Source of the DNA: an uncultured Solirubrobacterales bacterium
Lineage (GTDB): Bacteria > Actinomycetota > Thermoleophilia > Solirubrobacterales > Solirubrobacteraceae
Direction of reading: 5' to 3'
Assembly (NCBI GenBank): GCA_963824755.1
Contig: CAWGQT010000022.1
Span: 22,930-86,929, forward strand
DNA: 64,000 nt
Shown here: positions 56,086 through 64,000 of the stretch, in pieces
How the letters are laid out: every line of letters starts with the position of its first letter
Position numbering within the stretch: position 1 is the stretch's first letter
The notes under the pieces: model-generated
The model's input: the letters and a program-made list of their open reading frames with translations, nothing else
The model's database searches: none
Told to the model about the DNA's origin: nothing
Translations under genes and position numbers: made by a program

Positions 56086-56481
56086 ATGGGCCACCAGCAC
56101 TCCGACCACCTCCACGATCACGACCACCCGCACGCACACCCGGTCGAGAACTACTCGGCGCGAAAGCACCCGGAGTTCGTCGTGCTCGACATCGGCGAGG
56201 AGCTCGGCGCTCTGATCATCTACGCCGACCCTGAGATGCACGGCCGCGAGATCGAGATCAGCCCTGCCGGACGCGACGGTGACCGCAGCCACAAGGAGGT
56301 GCTCGAGCGAAGCGAAGGAGGCCACCCGGCGTTCACGGCGGTGTTCGACGCGCTACCTGCCGGCGCCTACACCCTATGGGTCGACGACAGACCCCGTGCC
56401 TGGAACGTGAACATCGACTGTGGCGCGATCGCCCAGCTCGACTGGAGGAGCGCACGGGCCACCTCCCCCTCCGCGGCCTGA
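56086..56481 (+). CDS. His-rich small protein, putative metal chaperone
   Basis: 8 His in the first 18 residues (MGHQHSDHLHDHDHPHAH), then VVLDIG.ELGALIIY..PE..GREIEISP and AVFDALPAG.YTLW. Confidence 0.75.
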   Translation: MGHQHSDHLHDHDHPHAHPVENYSARKHPEFVVLDIGEELGALIIYADPEMHGREIEISPAGRDGDRSHKEVLERSEGGHPAFTAVFDALPAGAYTLWVDDRPRAWNVNIDCGAIAQLDWRSARATSPSAA

Positions 56482-56525
56482 GCCGGTACGGCGCGTCGCC
56501 AGGTTCTAGCGGTCCACCACCGGCT

Positions 56526-57947
56526 TCAAAGACTCCCGACCGCGAATGTTCTCAGCGCGGCTCGCAGCTGGCTTGAGAAAGGGAGCGCCTGGTTGAATCC
56601 CGCCTCGTCACGGGTCAGGTCTTCCTTGAGCATGTGATCAATGCCGTCGAGGTGCACATAGTCGAGTTTCGCCTGCGCCTCAGTGAGACCCTGGGCGATG
56701 CGGTCTTCTTGCGCGCAGGTGAACCACATATCGGCGTTGCTGCAGGTCAAGAGCACCGGCGTCCGCGGGGCCAGCCTTGACGCGAGTTTGGCCGGATCGT
56801 AGTGGTCGATCTGCGAGAGCTCGAGCGGCGTGCCGTTGGCGTTGAAGGCATTGACCAGGGCGGCGGACACGCCCGCGGGCAGCATTCCCGTGCGGCGCAT
56901 GTACGCGACCACGCGTGCTCCGATCGGCGATCCAGCGAACAAGCTGAGAAAACGAGCAGGCACGGGCTCGAACAGGCCCACCGCATGGACCTTGGGCGCG
57001 CCGGGCAGCCCGGTCGCGAGCAGCAGCGCGTATATGCCGCCCTGGCTGTGACCGAACACGGCAAGGCGTGCACGGTTGGTCTGCCGCCGCGTGGCGAGAA
57101 AGCGCAGCGCGGCGACGGCTTCCTGCTCGTACGGCTTGATCCCGACGCGATCTGTATGCGCAGCGTATTTGCCCCAACCGGTCTGGCCGCTGCCGAGCTG
57201 GTCATAGCGCAGGCTTGCGACCCCATCGGCCGACAGCCAGTTGGCCACCGCCGCGAGCGTGTTTCGACCAAGCTGCTCGTCAGGACTTCCCGCCGGGCGC
57301 GGTCCTGTCCAGCAATCTCTCGTGCAGTTGTCGTTGCGGTCAGTCGCCCCGCCGCCGCCGAGCAGCACTGCAGCTGGAATCGATCCGGCGACCGCGATCC
57401 GCGGATGCGTGTACGTTCCGTAGATCGTCACCCCGCCGGCCTGGAACGTGACCGGCTGAGCCAGCCACCCGGGTGCAAGCCGAGGAATCATGCTCTGCGG
57501 TGACGCCGTCGCTGGGAGCGCCTGCATCGGCAGGAGGCCGGAGATCAGGCCGTCGGCGTTGACGGCCAGCGCGCCTCGGAAGCGCTGCGCGCCCCGGACC
57601 GAGATCACGAACGCGATCGACCTCGCCTGGCTGCTCGTAACCGAGACGAGGTGAACCTGCGCGACGCCGGCGAGCCCGCTATTGAGCTCGGCCACAGAAG
57701 TCCTGGCCAACAAGAGCGAGCTGACATGAGCTCGCAGTGCAGTGTCGGAGATGGGCAGATGGTTGAGCGCCTGGATCAGCCAGCGTGCCTGCGCCCCGGC
57801 CGGCGTACTGGGAAACGTTGGGCCGGCGGTCGTAGACGCCGACTGACTGCTCCCGCACCCGGCCAGAAGTGCGCTCGCCAGACCGACCGCCGCCCACCGC
57901 CGCCACGCCCACCTCCCCGCGCAAGATCCATCAACCATCTTGATCAC
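56526..57947 (-). CDS. Alpha/beta hydrolase lipoprotein
   Basis: Lipobox LAGC, DRNDN, SLRYD..G.G, GHSQG nucleophile elbow, late Asp and His (IDHMLK); start uncertain. Confidence 0.8.
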   Translation of the reverse strand: MIKMVDGSCAGRWAWRRWAAVGLASALLAGCGSSQSASTTAGPTFPSTPAGAQARWLIQALNHLPISDTALRAHVSSLLLARTSVAELNSGLAGVAQVHLVSVTSSQARSIAFVISVRGAQRFRGALAVNADGLISGLLPMQALPATASPQSMIPRLAPGWLAQPVTFQAGGVTIYGTYTHPRIAVAGSIPAAVLLGGGGATDRNDNCTRDCWTGPRPAGSPDEQLGRNTLAAVANWLSADGVASLRYDQLGSGQTGWGKYAAHTDRVGIKPYEQEAVAALRFLATRRQTNRARLAVFGHSQGGIYALLLATGLPGAPKVHAVGLFEPVPARFLSLFAGSPIGARVVAYMRRTGMLPAGVSAALVNAFNANGTPLELSQIDHYDPAKLASRLAPRTPVLLTCSNADMWFTCAQEDRIAQGLTEAQAKLDYVHLDGIDHMLKEDLTRDEAGFNQALPFSSQLRAALRTFAVGSL

Positions 57948-58049
57948 CTCGCTTCAAGCGGTCGTCGACCAAATGGCAAGCAGAAGCCCGCGTACCAGTC
58001 GTACTCTCGACTATGAGCGCTCGCGGACTCCACCACATCCGCCGTTTGT

Positions 58050-59054
58050 CGGGAAGTACTGGCGCAGCAGCCCGTTGGTGTTCTCATTGGTGCCGCGCTG
58101 CCACGGACTGTGTGGATCGCAGAAGTACACCGGCAGGCCGGTCTCGATCCGCAGCTGGGCGTGTTGGGCCATCTCGGTGCACTGGTCCCAGGTCAGCGAG
58201 CGGCGCAGCTGCTCAGGCAGCGTGACGATCGTCCTGGCGATCGCGTCGCGGACCGCCTCGGCGCCGTGCCCCGTTAGCGCGGGGCCGTCCTTTACTCGCG
58301 GCGCTTGGCCGGTCATCGGCGGGAGGTAGAGCAGCATCGTAAAGCGGGTTGAGCGCTCCACCAGCGTGCCGATCGCCGAGCTCCTCGCTCCGATGATGAG
58401 GTCGCCTTCCCAATGGCCGGGAACCGCCCTGTCCTGGGCTTCGGCGGGGCGTTGGCTGATCATCACCTCGTCGCTGACGAACCCGCGACCGCGACCGCTG
58501 GTGCGAGCTCTCGGGACCCGCAACGCCCGCCCGGTCCGCAGACAGGCCGTCAGCTCACGCCGCAACGCGCCACGCCCCTGAACGTACAGCGACTGGTAGA
58601 TCGCCTCGTGCGAGATACGCATTGACTCATCATCGGGGAACTCCAAGCGCAGGCGATTGGAAATCTGCTCAGGGCTCCACGCCCTCGCCCAGCGCCGATC
58701 CTTGCGCAGACCGTGACGCCGCCCGATCCACCTCACCCCAGGACCGTCGAGAGCCGTCCCATCGGGCCGCTTGACAGCTCCCGACAGACGGTCCTGCACA
58801 TACCGTCGCAGCCCGGCGTTCACGACCAGCTTCGCCGGCTTCGCACGCGAGCGCGCCGGTCCGCGTACCGCTGCGCCGAGCTCGCCCGATACTCAACGAC
58901 GCCGCCACACCTCACGACGTTCCGACGCAACTCACGAGAGATCGTCGACGGCGAACGCCCGAGCTGACGAGCGATCCCCCGCACCCCACACCCCCCAGCG
59001 CGCAGGATCGCGATCTCCTCCCGCTCAGCGAACGACAGATAACGCCCCGACAGA
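58050..59054 (-). mobile_element. IS30-family transposase remnant, truncated at both ends and frameshifted
   Basis: LSFAEREEIA, RSPSTISRELRRN, WSPEQIS.RL, ISHEAIY, PGHWEGDLI, LTWDQ, QRGTNENTNGLLRQYFP then breaks off; frameshift near 58847. Confidence 0.9.
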
Positions 59055-60060
59055 TTTGCGTAGTTGTCGGTTCAACGCCTCGATCGCGTTCGTCGTGTAA
59101 ATCACGCGACGGACCTCAGGCTCGAACTGAAGGAATGGTGTGACGTGCTCCCAGGCGTCCTGCCAGGCTTGAACGATCGGCGGGAACCGCTTGCCCCACT
59201 TCTCATCGAACGCCTCGAGCGCCGCCCAGGCAGCGTCCTGGTCGATCGCGGTGTAGATCGGCTTGAGGTCCTTGGCGACCTGGTCGAACTCGCGGCGCGG
59301 GACGTAGCGCAATGACCGTCGGATGAGATGCACGATGCATGTCTGCACGACGGTCTGCGGGAAGATCGCCTCGATCGCTTCGGGAAACCCGGTCAGCCCG
59401 TCGACGCAGCAGATCAGGATGTCTCTGACGCCGCGGTGTTTGAGTTCTGAGAGCACTTGCATCCAGAACTTCGCGCCCTCTGTCTCTTGGAACCACATGC
59501 CGAGCACGTCGCGCTCGCCGCTGACACGGACGCCGAGCGCGAGGTAGCACGCCTTGCGCTGCACGCTGCCGCCCTCCTTGACCTTGAGCACGAACGCGTC
59601 GAGGAACACGACCGGGTACACGTCGTCGAGCGGTCGCTGCTGCCACGCGCGGGCGTCTTCCATGACGGCGTCGGTACGCGGCTGATCAGATCCCGGCCGA
59701 CGTTGACGCCGTAGAGCTCGCGCAGGTAGCGCTCGATATCCCGCGTCGAGAGCCCACGGCTGTAGAGCGCGAGGATCTTCTCGTCGAACCCCTCAAAGCG
59801 CCGCTGACGCTTTCTGACCAGTTGCGGCTCAAAGCTGCCATCGCGATCGCGAGGCGCCTTGATCGACACCGGCCCGTGCTCGGTTATGAGCGTCTTCGGC
59901 TTGCCCTTCCCGTTGCGCGTGTTCCCCGTCCCGCCAGGCGGCTCCTGATGCGCCTCATAGCCGAGATGGTCGGTCAGCTCGACCTCCAGCGCCCGCTCGA
60001 CCAACCGCTTGGTCAACTCGCCGAACACGCCACCACGGCCGAAAATCTCCTCCTGGCCTC
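59055..60060 (-). mobile_element. IS256-family transposase remnant, truncated and frameshifted
   Basis: LTKRLVERALE.ELTDHLGY, PRDRDGSFEP, YSRGLSTRDI, VFLDA, DGLTGFPEAI, QTCIVHLIR, IYTTNAIE.LNRQLRK then breaks off; frameshift near 59676. Confidence 0.9.
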
Positions 60061-60138
60061 TGCCCGGATCCGTACTGAACCCGGAACCGCAGTACATGCG
60101 CGCCTGGTCGATACCAGGCGGTTAGGTGAGCCTCTTGC

Positions 60139-61704
60139 GTGAGACTTAGGATTGCGGCGTGCGTCCCCCGAAGGGTTGCTGAGCTGAGCACGGAGTTGGC
60201 ACGTTTCGCGCTGGCCGGAGCGTTGCTCGTGGCGGCGCTCGCGAAGCTCGCTGACCGTAGCGGCAGTCGCGAGTCGATCATCGCTTTCGGCGCCCCGGAG
60301 CCTGCGGCTGCCCCGCTCTCGTGGCTGCTGATCGGCAGCGAGCTGGCGATCGCCGCGGCTCTGTTGATAGGGCGCTGGAGCGTCGCGGGGGCCGTGGCCA
60401 CGCTGGGGCTGCTGGCTGCGTTCAGCGTTGTCGTTGCGGTGGCCCTGGCTCGTGGCAGGACGCCCGCGTGCAACTGCTTCGGGCGACTCTCGGGTGGTCT
60501 GGTCGGCTGGTCCACGGTCGCGCGGAACGCGCTCTTGGGGTCGATGGCCGGTTTCATCGCCCTGGGGGGTCGAGAGCCTGTCGTGTTCGCGGCGCTCGCG
60601 GCGGCATCGTGCGCCGCGTGGCTGGGGCTCGGCCCTCTCCGACATCGCCTGCGCAATACGCGCGCATCTGGCTTCTCGTTGACAGGGGACGGTGGCGAGC
60701 GGTGGACGGTCGATCGGCTCCTGGACGGTGACCGCTCCCTGCTGCTGGTATTCGGACAACCGGGTTGTGGCGCCTGCCATGCCCTGGTTCCAGACCTGGC
60801 TGGCTGGCAGGCCCGGCTGATGGATCGGCTGATCGTCGTGTTGGTGGTTCAGGCCTCGCGGCCCGGAGAGCTGGCTTCCGATCCACGCAACCCCGGCTAC
60901 CGGGTGCTACTAGACGCGCCGGGACAGCTCGCGGCTCGGTATGGCGTCAGGGCCACGCCGAGTGCTGTCCTAATCGACGCAGGAGGTCGGACGGCTTCGG
61001 CCGTGGCAAAGGGCGGCGGCGAGATTTCGGCACTGATCGATGTCAGGTTCGCGGCTGAGGAGACGCAGCGCATACCACGGCGCTCGCTCATAGCCCGTGC
61101 TGTGCGGAACGCGGTCGCGCTGGGAGTCTCTCCAGTCGTCCTCGCCGCTTGCGGAAGCAGCCGGTCGACGTCTTCCTCGACGCCATCAACGGCTACGACC
61201 TCGACGCGTCCCGCAGCGCTGAAGATCGGCAACACCTACATCTGTCGACAGCAATATGCGCTGTGCACAAACGCGGCGTGTGTACCGTCCGAGCACGATC
61301 CAAACATCGTGGTCTGCGATTGCGTCGTCGAGAGTGGCTACTCAGTCGGGTTCACGTCTTGTCCACAGCGGGCGCCACACGGTCGCACCCTGTACTCGAC
61401 GTTCTCGACCGAGGTGGCTGCTGCGGCCCGTGGCGCTATGACATGCCCAGCAGATGTGGCGTGGGCCAACTGCCTGGACGCGATCTGCGAACTCGACCCT
61501 AAGAACCCGGATAAGGCCCGGTGTCAATGCCCGCTCGTCAAGCAAGGGCCGTCGTTCACCTTCGGCGGCGACTGCAATACGCATACCTGCGGATCGACGG
61601 TCTGGTCGGGAGCGCACACGAACGCCGGCGGCCCGAGCATCGCGGCAGCGATGAAGCGCCTTGGCCAACCGCTGGTTTTCCCCAAGCCGTGCCCGAAGGC
61701 GTGA
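60139..61704 (+). CDS. Fusion of MauE/DoxX, thioredoxin-like (CGAC), internal RR-lipoprotein signal and Cys-rich domain
   Basis: AKL.D..G, CNCFG MauE motif; PGCGACH..P.L..W; YGV.ATPSAVLID; PRRSLI...LAAC; 14-Cys C-terminal domain. Confidence 0.75.
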   Translation: MRLRIAACVPRRVAELSTELARFALAGALLVAALAKLADRSGSRESIIAFGAPEPAAAPLSWLLIGSELAIAAALLIGRWSVAGAVATLGLLAAFSVVVAVALARGRTPACNCFGRLSGGLVGWSTVARNALLGSMAGFIALGGREPVVFAALAAASCAAWLGLGPLRHRLRNTRASGFSLTGDGGERWTVDRLLDGDRSLLLVFGQPGCGACHALVPDLAGWQARLMDRLIVVLVVQASRPGELASDPRNPGYRVLLDAPGQLAARYGVRATPSAVLIDAGGRTASAVAKGGGEISALIDVRFAAEETQRIPRRSLIARAVRNAVALGVSPVVLAACGSSRSTSSSTPSTATTSTRPAALKIGNTYICRQQYALCTNAACVPSEHDPNIVVCDCVVESGYSVGFTSCPQRAPHGRTLYSTFSTEVAAAARGAMTCPADVAWANCLDAICELDPKNPDKARCQCPLVKQGPSFTFGGDCNTHTCGSTVWSGAHTNAGGPSIAAAMKRLGQPLVFPKPCPKA

Positions 61705-61805
61705 GCCACAGCCACGAAGCTCGCTGGGCACTAGTCGCGGGCCAGCCGTAGCGGAGTCGCCGCCGCTCCGGACCGCGCGATCGCGGCCGCTGCGACCGGG
61801 AAGGG

Positions 61806-62216
61806 CTAGAACTCGTAAACGGATCCGATGAGCGGCTGCGCCGACGTCGCCCGGCGCGGCTTGCCGGTAAGGACGACCCTTCCGGGCTTCCGGCCCCGCC
61901 GTGCAGTCGCTTGTACGGTGAACGAGCGAATCTCGAATGGGAGGCTGTTTGAGGTCAGGATGTCCGGCCCGTCCTGGATCCCGAAATGCAGATGCGGACC
62001 AGTGCTATTGCCGGTGTTGCCCAGCAGGCCGACCACCTCGCCGGTCCGCAGTCGCTGCCCGACCTTGACGCGAACCGATCCAGTCTGCAGATGCACGTAG
62101 ACGGCGTACCTGCCGGGCGCGATTCTCTGCACCACGGAGTTACCCGCGTAGTCTCGTGGGTTGCGAACCGTGAGGTTCTTCTCCGTCGTCGTGAACGGCA
62201 CCTTCGCTTCGTTCTC
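61806..62216 (-). pseudogene. C-terminal fragment of an M23 metallopeptidase
   Basis: AGNSVV, YVHLQ.GSV.VK.GQR...GEVVG.LGNTGNSTGPHLHF; in-frame TAA immediately upstream and no N-terminal HxxxD region. Confidence 0.7.
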
Positions 62217-62245
62217 TTAGCTCAGAGCTGAGTGATCGCTGCGAG

Positions 62246-62578
62246 GTGCACTACGCTCCGCGGGTGACTCCCACCGCGACCCTTCTCATGTGGTTTCGCC
62301 TGCGCTCGCCGGAGCTGGCCGAGGACTTCGAGCGTCTGATGGCGGGAGACCGGGACATCGTCCGCGGGTCGCTTGACACGGTGACGGATTGGCGTCTTAC
62401 GCGACCGATGGACGTACCCGGTCAGGTGATCGATCAAGCCGACTACGTGCTGATCGCCGAGATCGTCCAAGTGCGGCGCTGGGAGCAACAGGCGAGCGAA
62501 CAGGTCCAACGCCTGGCGGACGATTTGGCGCATCTCGTCTCGAGCCGGGGGATGCTCGTCGTGCGTCCCGTCCTTTGA
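62246..62578 (+). CDS. Small dimeric alpha-beta barrel-like protein (RedY/HapK-like); start uncertain
   Basis: FRLR.PE..EDFER, DYVLIAEI pattern. Confidence 0.4.
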   Translation: MHYAPRVTPTATLLMWFRLRSPELAEDFERLMAGDRDIVRGSLDTVTDWRLTRPMDVPGQVIDQADYVLIAEIVQVRRWEQQASEQVQRLADDLAHLVSSRGMLVVRPVL

Positions 62579-62785
62579 TCCACTGTCCTAGCGGCACCGC
62601 AACGTAGGGCACTGGCCATCACATTTGGGATGCGGTCAGTCCAGGGCGGAGTCGATCGGCGGTCCGTTGTCGCCGAGGAAGGACAGCTCGCTCGAAGAGT
62701 GCTCTTGGTCACACGAAGCAAAGGATCGACCCGGCGCGGCGTCTGGCCCGGCAAAGGTCAATCACACGCGAAGGGAGTACTCCTA

Positions 62786-63469
62786 ATGGGTCGCTTCACG
62801 AGGTCGGGGTTGGTGCTGGGAGCTGCGGCGCTTCTGATTGCTGGCGGCGGTGCATATGACGCGTTCGCGTCTTCGGGCGGCGGAACCATCACGGTGTGCG
62901 TCAACCACGATGGCGGTACCTTGTACAAGGCGCGCAAGTGCGCCAACCGCGACAAGCAGCTCAGCTGGAACAAGCAGGGGTTGCCCGGCGCGACTGGGCC
63001 CCGGGGGCCAGTTGGTGCGACCGGGGCCAAGGGGCCGGTTGGCGCGACCGGGCCCCAAGGGCCAGTTGGTGCGACCGGGGCCAAGGGGCCAGTTGGCGAC
63101 ACCGGGCCGCAGGGCCCGATCGGGCCCCAAGGACTCAAGGGCGACACGGGTGACCGCGGTCCCAGCGACGCATTCACGAAACGAGGCGGCCCTCCTACGG
63201 ACCTGGCCGTGCCCGCCGGCAATTACTTCGTCATCGCCAAGGCCAGCGTCGCCAACGCGAACACGCTCACCCGATGCGATCTCACCGGCGGGACTGACGC
63301 GGACGCGACGTTCGGCAGTATCGAATCGACCGGGCACACCCAGGAAACGCTCGTGGCTACGATCGTCACGCATTTCGACGCCCCAGGGACTATCCACTGG
63401 TCCTGCAGCTCCGGTTTCAGCGCCAACCAGGCGGTCGTGAATGCTATTCAGGTGGGCGCCATCCACTGA
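62786..63469 (+). CDS. Secreted collagen-like protein
   Basis: RBS aagggag, signal peptide, ITVCV...GG.LY...C....LSWNKQG domain, 21 Gly-X-Y triplets (62978-63166), small C-terminal domain. Confidence 0.8.
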   Translation: MGRFTRSGLVLGAAALLIAGGGAYDAFASSGGGTITVCVNHDGGTLYKARKCANRDKQLSWNKQGLPGATGPRGPVGATGAKGPVGATGPQGPVGATGAKGPVGDTGPQGPIGPQGLKGDTGDRGPSDAFTKRGGPPTDLAVPAGNYFVIAKASVANANTLTRCDLTGGTDADATFGSIESTGHTQETLVATIVTHFDAPGTIHWSCSSGFSANQAVVNAIQVGAIH

Positions 63470-63639
63470 CTCCTGGCAGACAGACCAGCGGTCGCTGCGA
63501 GGAGGCAAACTGAGCGTGCCAGCTCCAGCTCCCATGCGTTATGTATTCGGTGGCCGAGAGTCGTTAGTCGCGTCTGAGCGAAAGCGCCAGGCTCGGGACG
63601 ACGGTCGAGGCGAGGTATATCGGCCAGATTCTCCCCCCG

Positions 63640-63826
63640 TAGCAGCGACGACATCGCCGTCGGCAGCGTCGAAAGACTGACCTCGGCTCGAGTAGCGGCC
63701 TGTCCGCACTCGGGTAGTGTGCCGGCCGGGTTCGACCGGGGAGCTCGACCGTCTGGTGAGGTTGGATCGAGCCGACGCTGCTGCCGTCGAGCGCGATCCC
63801 AATGGTCCGCGCCGCAGTTCCATGAT
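63640..63826 (-). pseudogene. Multiply frameshifted remnant of a small conserved actinobacterial protein
   Basis: MELRRGP and VEPGRHT.RVRTGRYSSRGQSFDAADGDVV in one frame, bridged by IALDGSSVGSIQPHQTVELP in another frame. Confidence 0.45.
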
Positions 63827-63877
63827 GTTCCCTTCATGCTGAGCTGGTCGCGACCGCCGGCGCGGTGGGCAACTGGG

Positions 63878-63928
63878 GGCCTGATCAGCTACCACTTCTC
63901 CGGCAAGGACGAGCTGATCGCCCAGGTC
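63878..63928 (+). pseudogene. TetR-family HTH fragment
   Basis: GLISYHFSGKDELIAQV without the preceding helices or a start codon. Confidence 0.5.
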
Positions 63929-64000
63929 TCCGGGCCGTCGCGAGAGGTCGGCGCCGTGATCGCACTCGATCGCGCGCTCGCAACGGACGTCGAGGCAACC

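Noticed and set aside
62576-62602. Fourth copy of the ECF promoter motif
   Set aside because: The -10 element is CGCAA rather than CGTAT and lies about 185 bp from the next start; too weak to list as a feature
1-64000. tRNA, rRNA, integrase, phage or known defence genes
   Set aside because: No such signatures were recognised on either strand by eye; a tRNAscan/HMM run would be needed to exclude them fully

Overview
High-GC actinobacterial chromosomal window. Gene content and style suggest Thermoleophilia/Solirubrobacterales; this is an inference, as no marker gene is present. No rRNA, tRNA, cas gene or intact transposase was recognised. The left ~50 kb is mostly housekeeping and envelope genes: RNase D, an arylsulfotransferase plus sulfatase, oligoendopeptidase F, acyl-CoA enzymes, ilvA/ridA, glnA, a split SOS mutasome (imuB and dnaE2, each with a LexA box), two DHA2 MFS pumps, a putative amino-sugar glycolipid operon and recD2. 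It also holds a c-di-AMP (ydaO) riboswitch and a candidate 6S-like RNA. The right ~14 kb is an accessory region with decaying IS30/IS256 remnants and gene fragments. The most interesting element is at 51.7-56.5 kb: a NiCoT Ni/Co permease, tatA, a tatC lacking the conserved E103-equivalent, a small protein with a single-arginine Tat-like signal, a signal-less DUF4331 protein starting M-S-S-H (ATCUN-type Ni/Cu motif), and a His-rich protein. Three of these genes are preceded by the same TGATCC-N16-CGTAT ECF-type promoter motif, which suggests a co-regulated metal-loading and export system. A second unusual protein (60.1-61.7 kb) fuses MauE/DoxX, a CxxC thioredoxin-like domain, an internal twin-arginine lipoprotein signal and a 14-Cys domain. 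Family names come from motif recognition by eye, not database searches. Several single-base frameshifts could be sequencing errors.
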